From sequence record SRR2962707_744: DNA of 34,959 nt, one strand, 5' to 3'. The position numbers and the translations under genes are program-made. The notes beneath the pieces are model-generated. The model was not told where the DNA came from. It saw nothing but the letters and a program-made list of their open reading frames with translations, and made no database searches. Of this stretch, positions 1 through 10,330 are shown piece by piece. Every line of letters begins with the position of its first letter. Within the stretch, counting starts at the first letter, position 1.

Positions 1-897
1 GAACGGATCGTTCTTGTCTTTTGCTTTTGCGATATATTCTGGAATACGATCAACATGACCAATTTCAGAAAGCATATTGAGCGCAGCTTCGTTGGCGCCG
101 CCGTGGGCAGGGCCCCATAGGCAGGCAATACCAGCAGCAATACACGCAAATGGGTTTGCACCAGAAGAACCAGCCAAACGAACTGTTGATGTTGATGCGT
201 TTTGCTCATGGTCAGCGTGTAGAATGAAAATCTTGTCCATTGCGCGCGCAAGCACAGGATTGACCACATAGTCTTCGCAAGGAACAGCAAAACACATGCG
301 CAGGAAGTTCGACGCATAATCGAGGTTATTTTGCGGATAAACGAAAGGCTGACCCGTATGATATTTGAAAGCCATTGCGGCGATCGTTGGCATTTTCGCG
401 ATAAGGCGCAACGATGCGACCATGCGCTGATGCTCATCTGTAAAATCAGTTGAGTCATGATAGAAAGCCGACAATGCGCCAACTACGCCGCACATGACAG
501 CCATTGGGTGCGCATCACGTCTAAATCCGCTGAAGAATTTATTCATCTGCTCATGCACCATTGTGTGATGCGTTACGCGGTAATCAAAGTCAGTTTTCTG
601 CGCTTTTGTTGGCAATTCGCCGTAAAGAAGCAAATAACAAACTTCAAGAAAATCGCCATTATCTGCAAGCTGATCAATTGGATAGCCGCGGTGCAGCAAC
701 ACACCATTATCGCCGTCGATAAATGTAATTTCAGATTCGCAAGAAGCTGTAGACGTAAAACCGGGGTCTAAAGTGAAATGATCGGTTTGGGCATAAAGCT
801 TACTAATGTCGATAACATCGGGGCCAACCGTTCCGCTGCGCACAGCGAATTCATATTCCTTAGAGCCGATGCTCAATTTGGCGGTCTTATCTGTCAT
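1..897 (-). CDS. gltA: Citrate synthase (type II), 5' part; runs off the left edge
   Basis: Not in the ORF track; translated by hand from ATG at 897: [17 protein letters not shown]...[31 protein letters not shown]...[47 protein letters not shown]...KDKNDPF. AGGAG RBS just upstream. Confidence 0.97.
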   Translation of the reverse strand, partial: MTDKTAKLSIGSKEYEFAVRSGTVGPDVIDISKLYAQTDHFTLDPGFTSTASCESEITFIDGDNGVLLHRGYPIDQLADNGDFLEVCYLLLYGELPTKAQKTDFDYRVTHHTMVHEQMNKFFSGFRRDAHPMAVMCGVVGALSAFYHDSTDFTDEHQRMVASLRLIAKMPTIAAMAFKYHTGQPFVYPQNNLDYASNFLRMCFAVPCEDYVVNPVLARAMDKIFILHADHEQNASTSTVRLAGSSGANPFACIAAGIACLWGPAHGGANEAALNMLSEIGHVDRIPEYIAKAKDKNDPF

Positions 898-1050
898 TCT
901 TAAACTCCTGTCCCATAAAATAAATCAGTTCTGCCGAATGCAGTCACCCCGAAAAACCGATTAGTATCCACTTGCTAAACCATTTAATCATGCCTGCCAA
1001 GTTAGCCCAAAGGGTAATTTGGCGTGGTAAATTAATGATCTAGCAAAGCT

Positions 1051-2469
1051 TTATGACATTTGATCGGCGATCCGTGAAAGGGCTTCATCACGGCCTAAAA
1101 CATACAATACATCAAATACACCCGGCGAAGTAGCCCGTCCAGTCAACGCAGCGCGAATTGGCTGCGCAACCTTGCCCAATTTCAGCTCTTTTGAATCGGC
1201 AAAAGCGCGCACCGCAGCGTCAAGTGCTTCAATCGTCCATTCGTTAAGTTCAGAAAGCGCAGCGTGGGCATCTTTAAGTAAACTGCGTGCTTCATCGTCC
1301 AATATAGACGCAGCTTTCTCATCAAAATTGAGTGGCCGTGATGCATGGATATAATAAGTGCTCTCAATCAACTGCACCAAAGTTTTGGCGCGGTCTTTAA
1401 GACCAGGCATAGCCGCCAAAAGCATATCTTGTTTTGATGCAAGCGCGGTCTCAATTGCCGCGCCATCTTCTAAGTAGGGCAGCAAATTATTCAGAGAATC
1501 AACAAGATGCTTGTCATCAGCTGCGCGGATATAATTGCCGTTGAGTGCCTCAAGCTTATGAATATCAAAGCGCGATGCGCCCTTATTAATATCGCTGACT
1601 TCAAACCAAGAAATCATATCTTCGGTCGACATAATCTCATCATCGCCGTGGCTCCAGCCAAGACGCGCCAGATAGTTGCGCAATGCTTCAGGCAAGAAGC
1701 CCATGGCGCGATACGCTTCTGCGCCAAGCGCGCCATGACGCTTAGACAATTTAGCGCCATCAGGACCGTGGATCAGCGGAATATGCGCCATCTTTGGAAT
1801 GGTCCACCCCATCGCATCAAAAATGATTTGCTGGCGGGCAGCATTCGTCAAATGATCATCACCACGAATAATATCGGTAACGCCCATATCATGGTCATCA
1901 ACAACGACAGCGAGCATATAAGTCGGCGTGCGATCTGACCGCAGAATAACAAAATCATCCAAATCCGCATTGGGAAAGCGAACATCGCCCTGCACAACAT
2001 CAGCGACAATTGTGTGGCCTTCGCGCGGCGCTTTGATGCGAATAACAGGATCAATGCCCTCAGGTGCTTCACTTGCATCGCGATCGCGCCAACGTCCATC
2101 ATAACGCGGCGGCTTGCCAGCCTCTCGCTGTGCTTCGCGCATGGCCGTCAATTCGTCCGCTGAGGTGTAGCAATAATAGGCTTTACCATCGGCAACCAGT
2201 TGTTCAGCTACTTCGCAGTGGCGCTCAACGCGCTCAAACTGCGAAATAATATCGCCGTCCCAAGTTAAGCCGAGCCATGTCAGTCCATCTTTAATGGCTT
2301 CAACAGCAGCATCAGTGGAACGCGCACGATCTGTGTCTTCAATGCGCAGCAGCATTTTGCCGCCCATATGCTTGGCATAAAGCCAATTGAATAAAGCTGT
2401 TCTTGCACCACCAATATGCAGAAAACCAGTTGGCGAAGGGGCAAAGCGGGTGACGACACCAGCGGACAT
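1051..2469 (-). CDS. gltX: Glutamate--tRNA ligase
   Basis: [15 protein letters not shown] (HIGH motif), [19 protein letters not shown]. Start moved to ATG 2469, which follows an AGGAG RBS. Confidence 0.97.
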   Translation of the reverse strand: MSAGVVTRFAPSPTGFLHIGGARTALFNWLYAKHMGGKMLLRIEDTDRARSTDAAVEAIKDGLTWLGLTWDGDIISQFERVERHCEVAEQLVADGKAYYCYTSADELTAMREAQREAGKPPRYDGRWRDRDASEAPEGIDPVIRIKAPREGHTIVADVVQGDVRFPNADLDDFVILRSDRTPTYMLAVVVDDHDMGVTDIIRGDDHLTNAARQQIIFDAMGWTIPKMAHIPLIHGPDGAKLSKRHGALGAEAYRAMGFLPEALRNYLARLGWSHGDDEIMSTEDMISWFEVSDINKGASRFDIHKLEALNGNYIRAADDKHLVDSLNNLLPYLEDGAAIETALASKQDMLLAAMPGLKDRAKTLVQLIESTYYIHASRPLNFDEKAASILDDEARSLLKDAHAALSELNEWTIEALDAAVRAFADSKELKLGKVAQPIRAALTGRATSPGVFDVLYVLGRDEALSRIADQMS

Positions 2470-2658
2470 ATCAAACTCCTGATCGGGAAACGCGCACGCA
2501 GCGCAATTGTTATATCCATGTATCACAGACGATAATACGCGCAAGCCACGGTTTTGTCGCAAGCGTCTTTATAGATCACGCTTAAACCCATGCACTGGAC
2601 AATCATCGACATATGGCTCTAGGCTTTTGAAGTGCTAATTGCATAAGCTTGTTAGTAA

Positions 2659-5052
2659 GTGTGGGGCGGGGGCGTGCCAAAGCAGAAAACCACAGATCCG
2701 CCGGTAAAAGAGCGCAGCGAGCGTGATTTTTACAAGCTATTCGATCTACCAGTCGAAGATGATGATGATAAGCGCCTTCCAGAGCCTGCCGTAATAACGC
2801 CGCGCGACACGGTCCAAAAGCAGAAAGCTACAAAATTATCGCAGCGGCTAGAAAGCATCAGGCGCTTTAATCTGATGGAATTTCTGCTTGCACAGCTCGA
2901 ATTAGAGCGGCGTGCCGGCACACCATTTTTGCTCATACCGATTTTGTTGATCGCCGGTGCAGCTTACTATTTTGCGCTTCCAAGTGAACCAGCATTGCAT
3001 AATATTCCAGCAACACTTCTTATTCTATTTCTGCTGCGTACCGCTATATTCCGCGCCAACATCGCAACCAAATATGGCGTTAATGCTCTACTGATATTTT
3101 CTTTAGCGATGGGATTAGCGCAGTGGCACACCCATTATCTAGCAACACCAATTCTCGGCTCTCCAGTCGTCACGCGCATTTATGGAGAAATTGAAAAAAT
3201 CGAAGAAAGACCAAACGGGTCCGCGCGTTACACCATCGATATCATTTCAACGGAAAGGCCGACGCTAAAATATGGATTAAGCCGAGTGCGCGTGACAGCG
3301 CGCAAACCGGCGACGGCCGCCAAAATAGGTCAGGGCATCTACGGTATTGTCAGCCTCACACCGCCATCTGGCCCAGCAAGACCGAATGGATTTGATTTTG
3401 CTTTTAATAATTATTTCCAAGCCATTGGCGCAAATGGCTTTTTCTACGGCCAACCGCACACATCTAAGATCGCGGGAATATCCAAATCATCATTCATGTC
3501 CTCAAAAGTGGAATACGCGAGACACTGGCTTTCACAACACATCAGAAACTACGGCGACAAAAACATAAGCGCCGTGTCTGCGGCTTTGATTACAGGCGAT
3601 AAAGCCGCAATCAGTGACGACATTACCGAAGCGCTTAGAATATCCGGTCTGGCACATATCTTGTCTATATCAGGCCTGCATATGGCGCTTGTCGCGGGCA
3701 CGATCATGTTTGTTATAAGACTGTTGGGCGCTTTAACGCCTAATTGGTCCTCTAGGCGACCCGTGAAAAAATATGCAGCGATTGCCGGCTTCGCGACTAT
3801 CTCAATTTATCTATTTCTGGCCGGCGCAAGCATCGCAACGCAGCGATCATTCATCATGCTAGCTATTATGCTCGGCGCGCTAATGGGCGACCGCGCAGCG
3901 CTGACAATGCGCAATCTGGCAATTGCTGCCATCATCGTCATTGCCATTGCGCCTCAAGCGGTCGTGTCACCCGGCTTCCAAATGTCCTTTGCAGCAACGA
4001 TTGCGCTTATTGCGGTCTATGGATCATGGCAGACGCGGTACAATAACCGTTCATATGACGATATACCGCGTGGTTCCGCGAAATTATTGCGAAGCATTGG
4101 CACATTTTTTCTAGCGCTTGCATTGACGTCGTTAATCGCAGGCGCTGCGACCGGCATATACTCTGCGTACCATTTTCAACGCATCGCAGTGTTTGGACTT
4201 TTAGGAAACCTGCTGGCGATGCCAATCATTTCGTTGATTACTATGCCATCGGCAATTTTGGGGACATTATTAATTCCAACTGGCTTGGATGCATTTTTAT
4301 TTGGCTTAATGAACCTGTCGGTAAGCATGGTAATCGATATCGCAAAATATGTTGCAGCGCATGCACCGTCCGGCCTAACTGGCGCACTAGCACCTTGGGC
4401 TTTTATAGCGTTGACGGCGAGCCTGCTTATACTCTGCGTCTTCAAGTCTAAGCTCAAATACGCAAGTGCATTATGTTTGCTGCCATTTTTAATAGCCGAT
4501 GCAACGCCGCAGACTGCAAGAGTGGTTATCTCAGAAGATGCAAAACAGGTCGCAGTGATCAGCAATCACGGGCAACTATTTGTCAATCGCGAGCGCCCCA
4601 ACGCATTCATCCTAGATCAATGGAGCGTGGCTTATAGCGCACAGGAGACAATCAAGCCCGACCAAGAGGGTGAATTAAGTTTCAACTGTGAAAACAATTA
4701 TCTATGCCAGTTTTTGGATTCAAAAAACAAAGACAATCCACGTCTTCTTTGGCAAGCTAAGCCGAGAGATGATTTGGACGAAGCGACAGATATATGTGAT
4801 AAATTCGACGTGATTATTCTCGCCTATGCGCCAGCGCAAAGTTCATGCGATCATACAAAAACATTAATCATCACCGCGCAGCAATTAGCCAAGAGAGGCA
4901 GCGCGGAGATCGTTGCAAATGAAGCGGTAGGCGAGCCGAAATTTAAAACACTATTCGCGCTTTCAGAACATGAGCGGCCGTGGACGGCCCATCGCAAATA
5001 TTCACGCGCAGCGCGCAATCTTAGCCCTAACAAAAAGGGCGAAGATCAATAA
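2659..5052 (+). CDS. comEC: ComEC/Rec2 family DNA-uptake membrane protein
   Basis: [40 protein letters not shown] motifs; many TM segments; usual position between gltX and lexA. Exact start uncertain. Confidence 0.92.
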   Translation: MWGGGVPKQKTTDPPVKERSERDFYKLFDLPVEDDDDKRLPEPAVITPRDTVQKQKATKLSQRLESIRRFNLMEFLLAQLELERRAGTPFLLIPILLIAGAAYYFALPSEPALHNIPATLLILFLLRTAIFRANIATKYGVNALLIFSLAMGLAQWHTHYLATPILGSPVVTRIYGEIEKIEERPNGSARYTIDIISTERPTLKYGLSRVRVTARKPATAAKIGQGIYGIVSLTPPSGPARPNGFDFAFNNYFQAIGANGFFYGQPHTSKIAGISKSSFMSSKVEYARHWLSQHIRNYGDKNISAVSAALITGDKAAISDDITEALRISGLAHILSISGLHMALVAGTIMFVIRLLGALTPNWSSRRPVKKYAAIAGFATISIYLFLAGASIATQRSFIMLAIMLGALMGDRAALTMRNLAIAAIIVIAIAPQAVVSPGFQMSFAATIALIAVYGSWQTRYNNRSYDDIPRGSAKLLRSIGTFFLALALTSLIAGAATGIYSAYHFQRIAVFGLLGNLLAMPIISLITMPSAILGTLLIPTGLDAFLFGLMNLSVSMVIDIAKYVAAHAPSGLTGALAPWAFIALTASLLILCVFKSKLKYASALCLLPFLIADATPQTARVVISEDAKQVAVISNHGQLFVNRERPNAFILDQWSVAYSAQETIKPDQEGELSFNCENNYLCQFLDSKNKDNPRLLWQAKPRDDLDEATDICDKFDVIILAYAPAQSSCDHTKTLIITAQQLAKRGSAEIVANEAVGEPKFKTLFALSEHERPWTAHRKYSRAARNLSPNKKGEDQ

Positions 5053-5771
5053 TTACGGATCAATCCCACCAAACGACCTTGAACTTGAACACGGTCTGGG
5101 CCGAAAATACGTGTCTCATAGGCAGGATTAGCAGCTTCAAGCGCAATAGATGCACCCTTGCGGCGAAAGCGTTTCAGCGTTGCTTCTTCATCATCAACAA
5201 GCGCCACAACAATATCACCAATATTGGCAACATCCGTGCGGCGGATAACAACCGTATCACCATCTAAAATACCGGCATTGACCATCGAGTCGCCTTCGAC
5301 TTCCAGCGCGTAGTGCTCGCCTTTGCCAATCAAATCTGGTGGTAACAAAATAGAGCGAGTTTGATGCTGTATCGCGGAAATCGGAACACCAGCGGCAATC
5401 TTTCCCATCATCGGAATACCTGGGCCAAAATCATCATCATTGGCGCTTGCTTCAAAGCGGCTCACATTGCTTTGTTGAGGCGCGGGCGCTTTGCCCAAAC
5501 TTCCTTCAATCACACTTGGAGAAAAGACTTGCCTTGCGCCATGAGATGGCATCATCGCATCCGGAAGCTTAATCACTTCCAAAGCGCGCGCCCGATTTGG
5601 CAACCGGCGAATAAAACCGCGCTCTTCCAAAGCTGTAATCAAACGGTGAATTCCGGACTTAGAAGCCAAGTCCAACGCATCCTTCATCTCATCAAAAGAA
5701 GGCGGAACACCGGTTTCTTTCAGACGTTCATTGATAAAAACGAGCAGATCAAGTTGTTTGCGTGTTAGCAT
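5046..5771 (-). CDS. lexA: SOS repressor LexA
   Basis: MLTRKQ...[37 protein letters not shown] cleavage site; GDSM serine; ATLKR lysine. Start placed at ATG 5771. Confidence 0.98.
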   Translation of the reverse strand: MLTRKQLDLLVFINERLKETGVPPSFDEMKDALDLASKSGIHRLITALEERGFIRRLPNRARALEVIKLPDAMMPSHGARQVFSPSVIEGSLGKAPAPQQSNVSRFEASANDDDFGPGIPMMGKIAAGVPISAIQHQTRSILLPPDLIGKGEHYALEVEGDSMVNAGILDGDTVVIRRTDVANIGDIVVALVDDEEATLKRFRRKGASIALEAANPAYETRIFGPDRVQVQGRLVGLIRNY

Positions 5772-5791
5772 GGGTTCTTCCAGAATCATTA

Positions 5792-5832
5792 AAACAAAGC
5801 ACGAACATTCATAACATGTTCTATTTGTGTTC
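5792..5832. promoter_or_regulatory. LexA (SOS) boxes upstream of lexA
   Basis: Perfect GTTC-N7-GTTC at 5818-5832 and one-mismatch AAAC-N7-GAAC at 5792-5806, matching the alphaproteobacterial LexA direct-repeat motif. Confidence 0.88.
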
Positions 5833-5932
5833 TGCAAGTGTCTATATTTCGTTAAGCGGGAATGTATTTCCGCCACGAAATATGTCGCCAAATTGGAAGT
5901 TTAGTTAGCTCTATTGCACGGATGAATAAAAC

Positions 5933-7243
5933 CTACACACCGAGCCTATCGCGCACAGCATACCACCACGAACCGATTGTGGAGTAGGGCACGCGGAACA
6001 TGCGCCCGCCCGGGAACGGATACCAGGGCACATTTTCAAACACATCAAAGCGAGTGAGGTCGCCGTCAATCGCTTCGCTTAAAATCCGGCCAAAAGTGTG
6101 CGAACCAGTGACACCATGGCCGCTATAGCCATGCGCAAAATAGGTATTCTTCCCAATACGGCCCATTTGCGGAACGCGGCTGAATGAAAGGGCGAAATTA
6201 CCGCTCCACGCATAATCGATTTTCACGCCTTTTAGCTGCGGGAAAACTTTGTCCATATTACTACGAAGTTTGGCTTCAATATCAGCGGGATCTGCGCCGC
6301 CATAGACCGTGCCGCCACCAAACAACATGCGTTTATCGCCGGATAAGCGGTAATAGTCCAAAATATATCGAATATCTTCAACGCAGGCATTTTGGGGAAT
6401 TAGAGAATGCGCAAGCTCTTCACCAAGCGGGGCAGTCGCCATCACTTGCGTTGAGACAGGCATAACGCGCCACGTTAGCGTTGGCACCACATGGCCAAGA
6501 TAGGCATTGCCGCAAAGCACCAATGTTTTGCATGTCATTTCGCCTTTGGCGGTTTTGACAACAGGCTTGGCAGCATTCGTATCCACATCAATTGCTGGTG
6601 ACATTTCATAGATCACACCGCCCAGTTTTTCAAAGGCAGCTGCTTCACCAAGCGCTAGATTGAGCGGATGCATATGACCGCCTGAATGGTCAATCAGGCC
6701 GCCTTCATAGAGATCAGAATTCACATGTTCGCGCAGTTGGTTTTTGTCCAACATTTCTTGATTTTTGATGCCGTAGCTGGCCCAAAGTTTCATGCGCTCT
6801 TCCAATTCGCCCATATGCGCTTTGGTCAAACCGGTAAAAATATTCTTCTCTTTGAGATCGCATTTAATGTCATAGGTTTTAATGCGTTCGCGGATGATTT
6901 CGCCGCCTTCTTGTACCAATCCGGCAACGAAGGTCGCTGTGTCTTGGCCGTAGCGTTTTTTGATTGTCTGAAGGCTTGCATTGAGGCCATTGACGATCTG
7001 ACCGCCATTGCGCCCAGAAGCGCCCCAGCCGACGCGTGCACCTTCTATGATCGCAACCTTGTAGCCTTTTTCTGCCAAGTGAAGGCCTGTTGATAGGCCG
7101 CTATAACCTGCGCCAATGATACATACATCAATCTCATTTTTGCCAACCAGCTCAGGCCTTTCCGGCGATGGATTTGCCGAAGCAGCGTAATAGCTTGTCG
7201 TATGACTACCGTCGCCGGCATAAGGATGTTGGTTCGCATTCAT
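5933..7243 (-). CDS. puuB: FAD-dependent gamma-glutamylputrescine oxidase-like protein
   Basis: HTTSYYAASAN, GAGYSG, GASGRNGGQ, GGHMHPLNLA, LDYYRL, GYSGHGV and C-terminal RDRLGV closely follow PuuB/OrdL as I recall it. Confidence 0.85.
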   Translation of the reverse strand: MNANQHPYAGDGSHTTSYYAASANPSPERPELVGKNEIDVCIIGAGYSGLSTGLHLAEKGYKVAIIEGARVGWGASGRNGGQIVNGLNASLQTIKKRYGQDTATFVAGLVQEGGEIIRERIKTYDIKCDLKEKNIFTGLTKAHMGELEERMKLWASYGIKNQEMLDKNQLREHVNSDLYEGGLIDHSGGHMHPLNLALGEAAAFEKLGGVIYEMSPAIDVDTNAAKPVVKTAKGEMTCKTLVLCGNAYLGHVVPTLTWRVMPVSTQVMATAPLGEELAHSLIPQNACVEDIRYILDYYRLSGDKRMLFGGGTVYGGADPADIEAKLRSNMDKVFPQLKGVKIDYAWSGNFALSFSRVPQMGRIGKNTYFAHGYSGHGVTGSHTFGRILSEAIDGDLTRFDVFENVPWYPFPGGRMFRVPYSTIGSWWYAVRDRLGV

Positions 7244-7458
7244 GGCAATACCTAAAAATAAGAGAGATATTCAAAATCTATTGGTAACGAAAAGCTGCCG
7301 CCACACGCTAAAGAGCCTGCAAGTCAGCCCAAATCACTATCGCTAATCTCTAACATATCGATGCTTTGTCGCAAGGCATAACGGCGGCGCTCTTCGACTA
7401 ACGCCATCAATGTTTTCTGAGAGACATTATATTTCTTTTCTAACAATCAACGGATAAC

Positions 7459-7485
7459 AAAAAGGGCAAACCTAAGTCTGCCCTT
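7459..7485 (-). terminator. Intrinsic terminator of the RTX-like gene
   Basis: Minus strand AAGGGCAGAC-TTAG-GTTTGCCCTT followed by further Ts, about 30 nt after the stop at 7514. Confidence 0.75.
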
Positions 7486-7513
7486 AATGCAATCCAATAC
7501 TGGAGGTTTTGAA

Positions 7514-9952
7514 TTAGGCCATTTCAGCCTGTGCTTCTGGAACGGGATGCGTATCCAAGACATCATTAACATTGTGCCAGACCTGATCATCATTGAAGAT
7601 AACGCTTTCAACATCGATCAAAATATCAGTGCCTTCAGGCTTGATCACTGTGATGTTGCCGTCTGTATTTGTGTAGAATGTATAATCATCTGCGCTGCCG
7701 TCATAACGCACGAAGTCATAACCGCCGCCGCCATTGATTGTGTCATTACCAGCAGAGCCCATTGCACCATCATTGCCGTCATTCAGGTTGATTAGATCAT
7801 CACCATCTGTGCCTGCAATAAAGTCCACGCATTCAATACCATCAATTGTGTTGACTGTCGGCGTTGTAACAACTGTTGACGCGTCATCGTCAGCACCAGT
7901 GTCGTCCGTAGATGTCGTATCGTCGGTAGCATCTTCAGATGAACCATAACCGGTCGTGTCAGTTGATGTGTCATCGCCAGCAGTAGAAGTTGTATCTTCT
8001 GTTGAAGTAACATCGTCTTCTTCGTCTGTAGAACCATCAACCGTGTCATCTGTTCCCGCAACGTCGCCATTATGGTTAGCCGTTAGATCCTCCATGCCAT
8101 ACCAAGAATTATCGCCAGTAAAGAAGACTGCTTCGATATTGTCGAGCGTGTCCACGCCTTCAGGCTTTGTCACAGTGACGGTACCATCTTCATTTTCTAC
8201 AAACGTGTAATCATCAACGGTGCCTGAATATTCAACATGGTCGAAGCCGTCACCGCCATCAATCATGTCATTGCCGGCAGAAGCGTCAACCGCGTCATTG
8301 CCACCGAGAAGGTTGATAAGGTCATCGCCCTGAGTACCCATCAAATGGTCGCCATATACAGTGCCGGTGATTACCCCGTCGGTTAGATCGCCAGCCGTCG
8401 CACTATCGTCGCCATTATGGCTGGTTGTAAGATCATCCATACCATACCAAGCGCCTTCATCTGTGAAGTAGATCGCTTCGATGTTAGCCAATGTATCGGT
8501 AGAACCATCAGGCTTCATGACAACAATAGTGCCGTCATCCTGCAAGTTAAATGAGAAATCTTGAACAGAGCCTGGATACTGAACGTGGTCAAAGCCTTCG
8601 CCGCCATCAATCATATCATTGCCAGTTGTACCGTTGATTTGGTCATCGCTGCTAAGTGCATCAATTACATCATCGCCATCTGTACCATCAAGGACATCTT
8701 TACAAGCGGTGCCGGTGATTGTGCCATCTGAAGAAGGTGCAGAACCATCTTCGCTGGCGCCGTAGGCGTTGATTGTTACCGTTTCAGTAACGTAACCACC
8801 TTTGCCGTCATCAACGGTGATATTGTAGCTCTGCGAGCCTGTGTCGCCTTCATCCAAAGGATCAAGCACTGAATCATTGATTGTGAATTTCCATTCAACA
8901 GAACCATCATCAGCAAGCACCGCAACAAAGTCGCCGTAATAATCATCGCCATTAGGCTCAACAGAAACAGTATAGCCTTCAATTGAGATTGCGTCGGCAT
9001 CAGAGACAGAAATTTTGCCTTCCGCAGTTACATCGGCTGTGCCTGCGCCTTCTGCGCCTGCAGCAATTTCGTAAACATCGCCGGAAAGTGTCGACCCATC
9101 AACATCAATAACTGGGGCCGCGTTAGTTGAAGTATCATCGCCTTCATCATCGCTGTCCGTGCCTACACCGTTCACGATGAATTCAGCTGTTGTGCTAGTT
9201 GCAGCACCGCTGGCGTCGACAACATCATAAGTAGCTGTGATTGTGCGTGTTTCGCCGTCGTTCAAATCAGCATACTGGCTAGGATCGATAGAAACTTCGC
9301 CGTTGCCAAGATCTGTATAAGCAACATCGATGCCTAGATCATCTTTGACTGTAAGGTTTTCGACACTGATCGCATCACCGTCTGGATCATACGCATTTAC
9401 AAGCAAATCTATTGTTTGAACGCCAGCATCTTCAGAAACTTCGCCGGCGAGGGCCGCGCCGATAACTGGGGCGCTATTAGTAGAGGCATTATCATCGTAA
9501 TCATCATCTGAACAACCGGGCTTTCCGCCACCATTGTGATGTTCGTGACCATGGCCACCAAATCCAAAGTTTAGATCAATACCAAGGCCGCCAACATGGG
9601 CGCCAACTGACAGGCCATGATCAACATTCGCATGAACATCAACTAGATGGGAAGCGTGTTCACCATCATGATCATGACGACCACCATGATTTTCTTCATG
9701 TCCGTGTTCGCCGTGACCGAAGTTTAGATCAATACCAAGACCAGCAACATGGGCGCCAACTGAGAGGCCATGATCAACATTCGCATGAAGGTTCACAAGT
9801 TGGAAACCATTATGGTGATTTCCTGAGTGATGCTCACCCACATTTTTCCAATTAAATAGATTGCCAATACTAAAGTTTAGACCGCCATTACGGCCAACTT
9901 CGTAGTTATTATGGTGGTTTGAGTTATCTGTATTACATGCGCCCTTAGACAT
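7514..9952 (-). CDS. Secreted Ca-binding RTX-like protein (His-rich N-terminus, cadherin/VCBS-like domains, three RTX-like modules); probable T1SS cargo
   Basis: GNDMIDGGEGFD-type nonapeptides; NxAPV...DPDGD and TVDDGKGG...VTI motifs; very acidic; no signal peptide; divergent from T1SS genes. Start ATG 9952 follows AGGGG (alternative start 9994). Confidence 0.85.
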   Translation of the reverse strand: MSKGACNTDNSNHHNNYEVGRNGGLNFSIGNLFNWKNVGEHHSGNHHNGFQLVNLHANVDHGLSVGAHVAGLGIDLNFGHGEHGHEENHGGRHDHDGEHASHLVDVHANVDHGLSVGAHVGGLGIDLNFGFGGHGHEHHNGGGKPGCSDDDYDDNASTNSAPVIGAALAGEVSEDAGVQTIDLLVNAYDPDGDAISVENLTVKDDLGIDVAYTDLGNGEVSIDPSQYADLNDGETRTITATYDVVDASGAATSTTAEFIVNGVGTDSDDEGDDTSTNAAPVIDVDGSTLSGDVYEIAAGAEGAGTADVTAEGKISVSDADAISIEGYTVSVEPNGDDYYGDFVAVLADDGSVEWKFTINDSVLDPLDEGDTGSQSYNITVDDGKGGYVTETVTINAYGASEDGSAPSSDGTITGTACKDVLDGTDGDDVIDALSSDDQINGTTGNDMIDGGEGFDHVQYPGSVQDFSFNLQDDGTIVVMKPDGSTDTLANIEAIYFTDEGAWYGMDDLTTSHNGDDSATAGDLTDGVITGTVYGDHLMGTQGDDLINLLGGNDAVDASAGNDMIDGGDGFDHVEYSGTVDDYTFVENEDGTVTVTKPEGVDTLDNIEAVFFTGDNSWYGMEDLTANHNGDVAGTDDTVDGSTDEEDDVTSTEDTTSTAGDDTSTDTTGYGSSEDATDDTTSTDDTGADDDASTVVTTPTVNTIDGIECVDFIAGTDGDDLINLNDGNDGAMGSAGNDTINGGGGYDFVRYDGSADDYTFYTNTDGNITVIKPEGTDILIDVESVIFNDDQVWHNVNDVLDTHPVPEAQAEMA
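9567..9789. repeat. Intragenic 70-bp direct repeat (9567-9636 and 9720-9789)
   Basis: 66/70 identical by manual alignment, period 153 bp (51 codons); encodes HANVDHGLSVGAHV[A/G]GLGIDLNF. Confidence 0.93.
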
Positions 9953-10330
9953 ATTTTTCCCCTGTAGTTCGGTGCGATCTTTTTCGCCGCTCATGTTTTA
10001 TTTTGATACAATTTGAATTTCGATGAAAATGCCTAGCATCACACCAGTTACGATCGGCTTAGAAAACGGGGTTAAAGGTTGCCTAATCTATCCGTTCAAA
10101 TTGAGCGAAACCAAGAAATGCACAGGCTTAGGTTGAATCAGACCTTTAGGCATTCGCGCTAAGCGATTCTTTCCTAAAGATAATTCATTAACCAGCTAAA
10201 GCGCCGGAATCTGGATATTTTGTGAACTTAAGCCCCAAAATTGGGCCCTCAAACAGGCGACTGAAAGGTATTTTTAACTATAATCGTGTTTTGTACCACC
10301 TTGAGAATATAGTGAGTCTTGGGGTGCTGC

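Noticed and set aside
77-771. Plus-strand ORFs 77-271 and 457-771
   Set aside because: Antisense shadows of gltA, which the track missed because it has no stop in the window.
2470-2562. N-terminal extension of gltX in the ORF track
   Set aside because: Homology and the RBS point to ATG 2469.
4500-5052. ComEC lacking a recognisable metallo-beta-lactamase motif, with a 7-bp convergent overlap with lexA
   Set aside because: Degenerate C-termini are, to my knowledge, common in alphaproteobacterial ComEC, and short tail-to-tail overlaps are ordinary.
5772-5891. 40-aa N-terminal extension of LexA
   Set aside because: It covers the SOS boxes and promoter; the conserved start is MLTRKQ.
7514-9952. 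RTX pore-forming toxin, serralysin or CRISPR-like repeat interpretation
   Set aside because: No hydrophobic pore domain, no serralysin HExxHxxGxxH motif and no acyltransferase gene; the repeats are in-frame coding repeats, not a repeat-spacer array.
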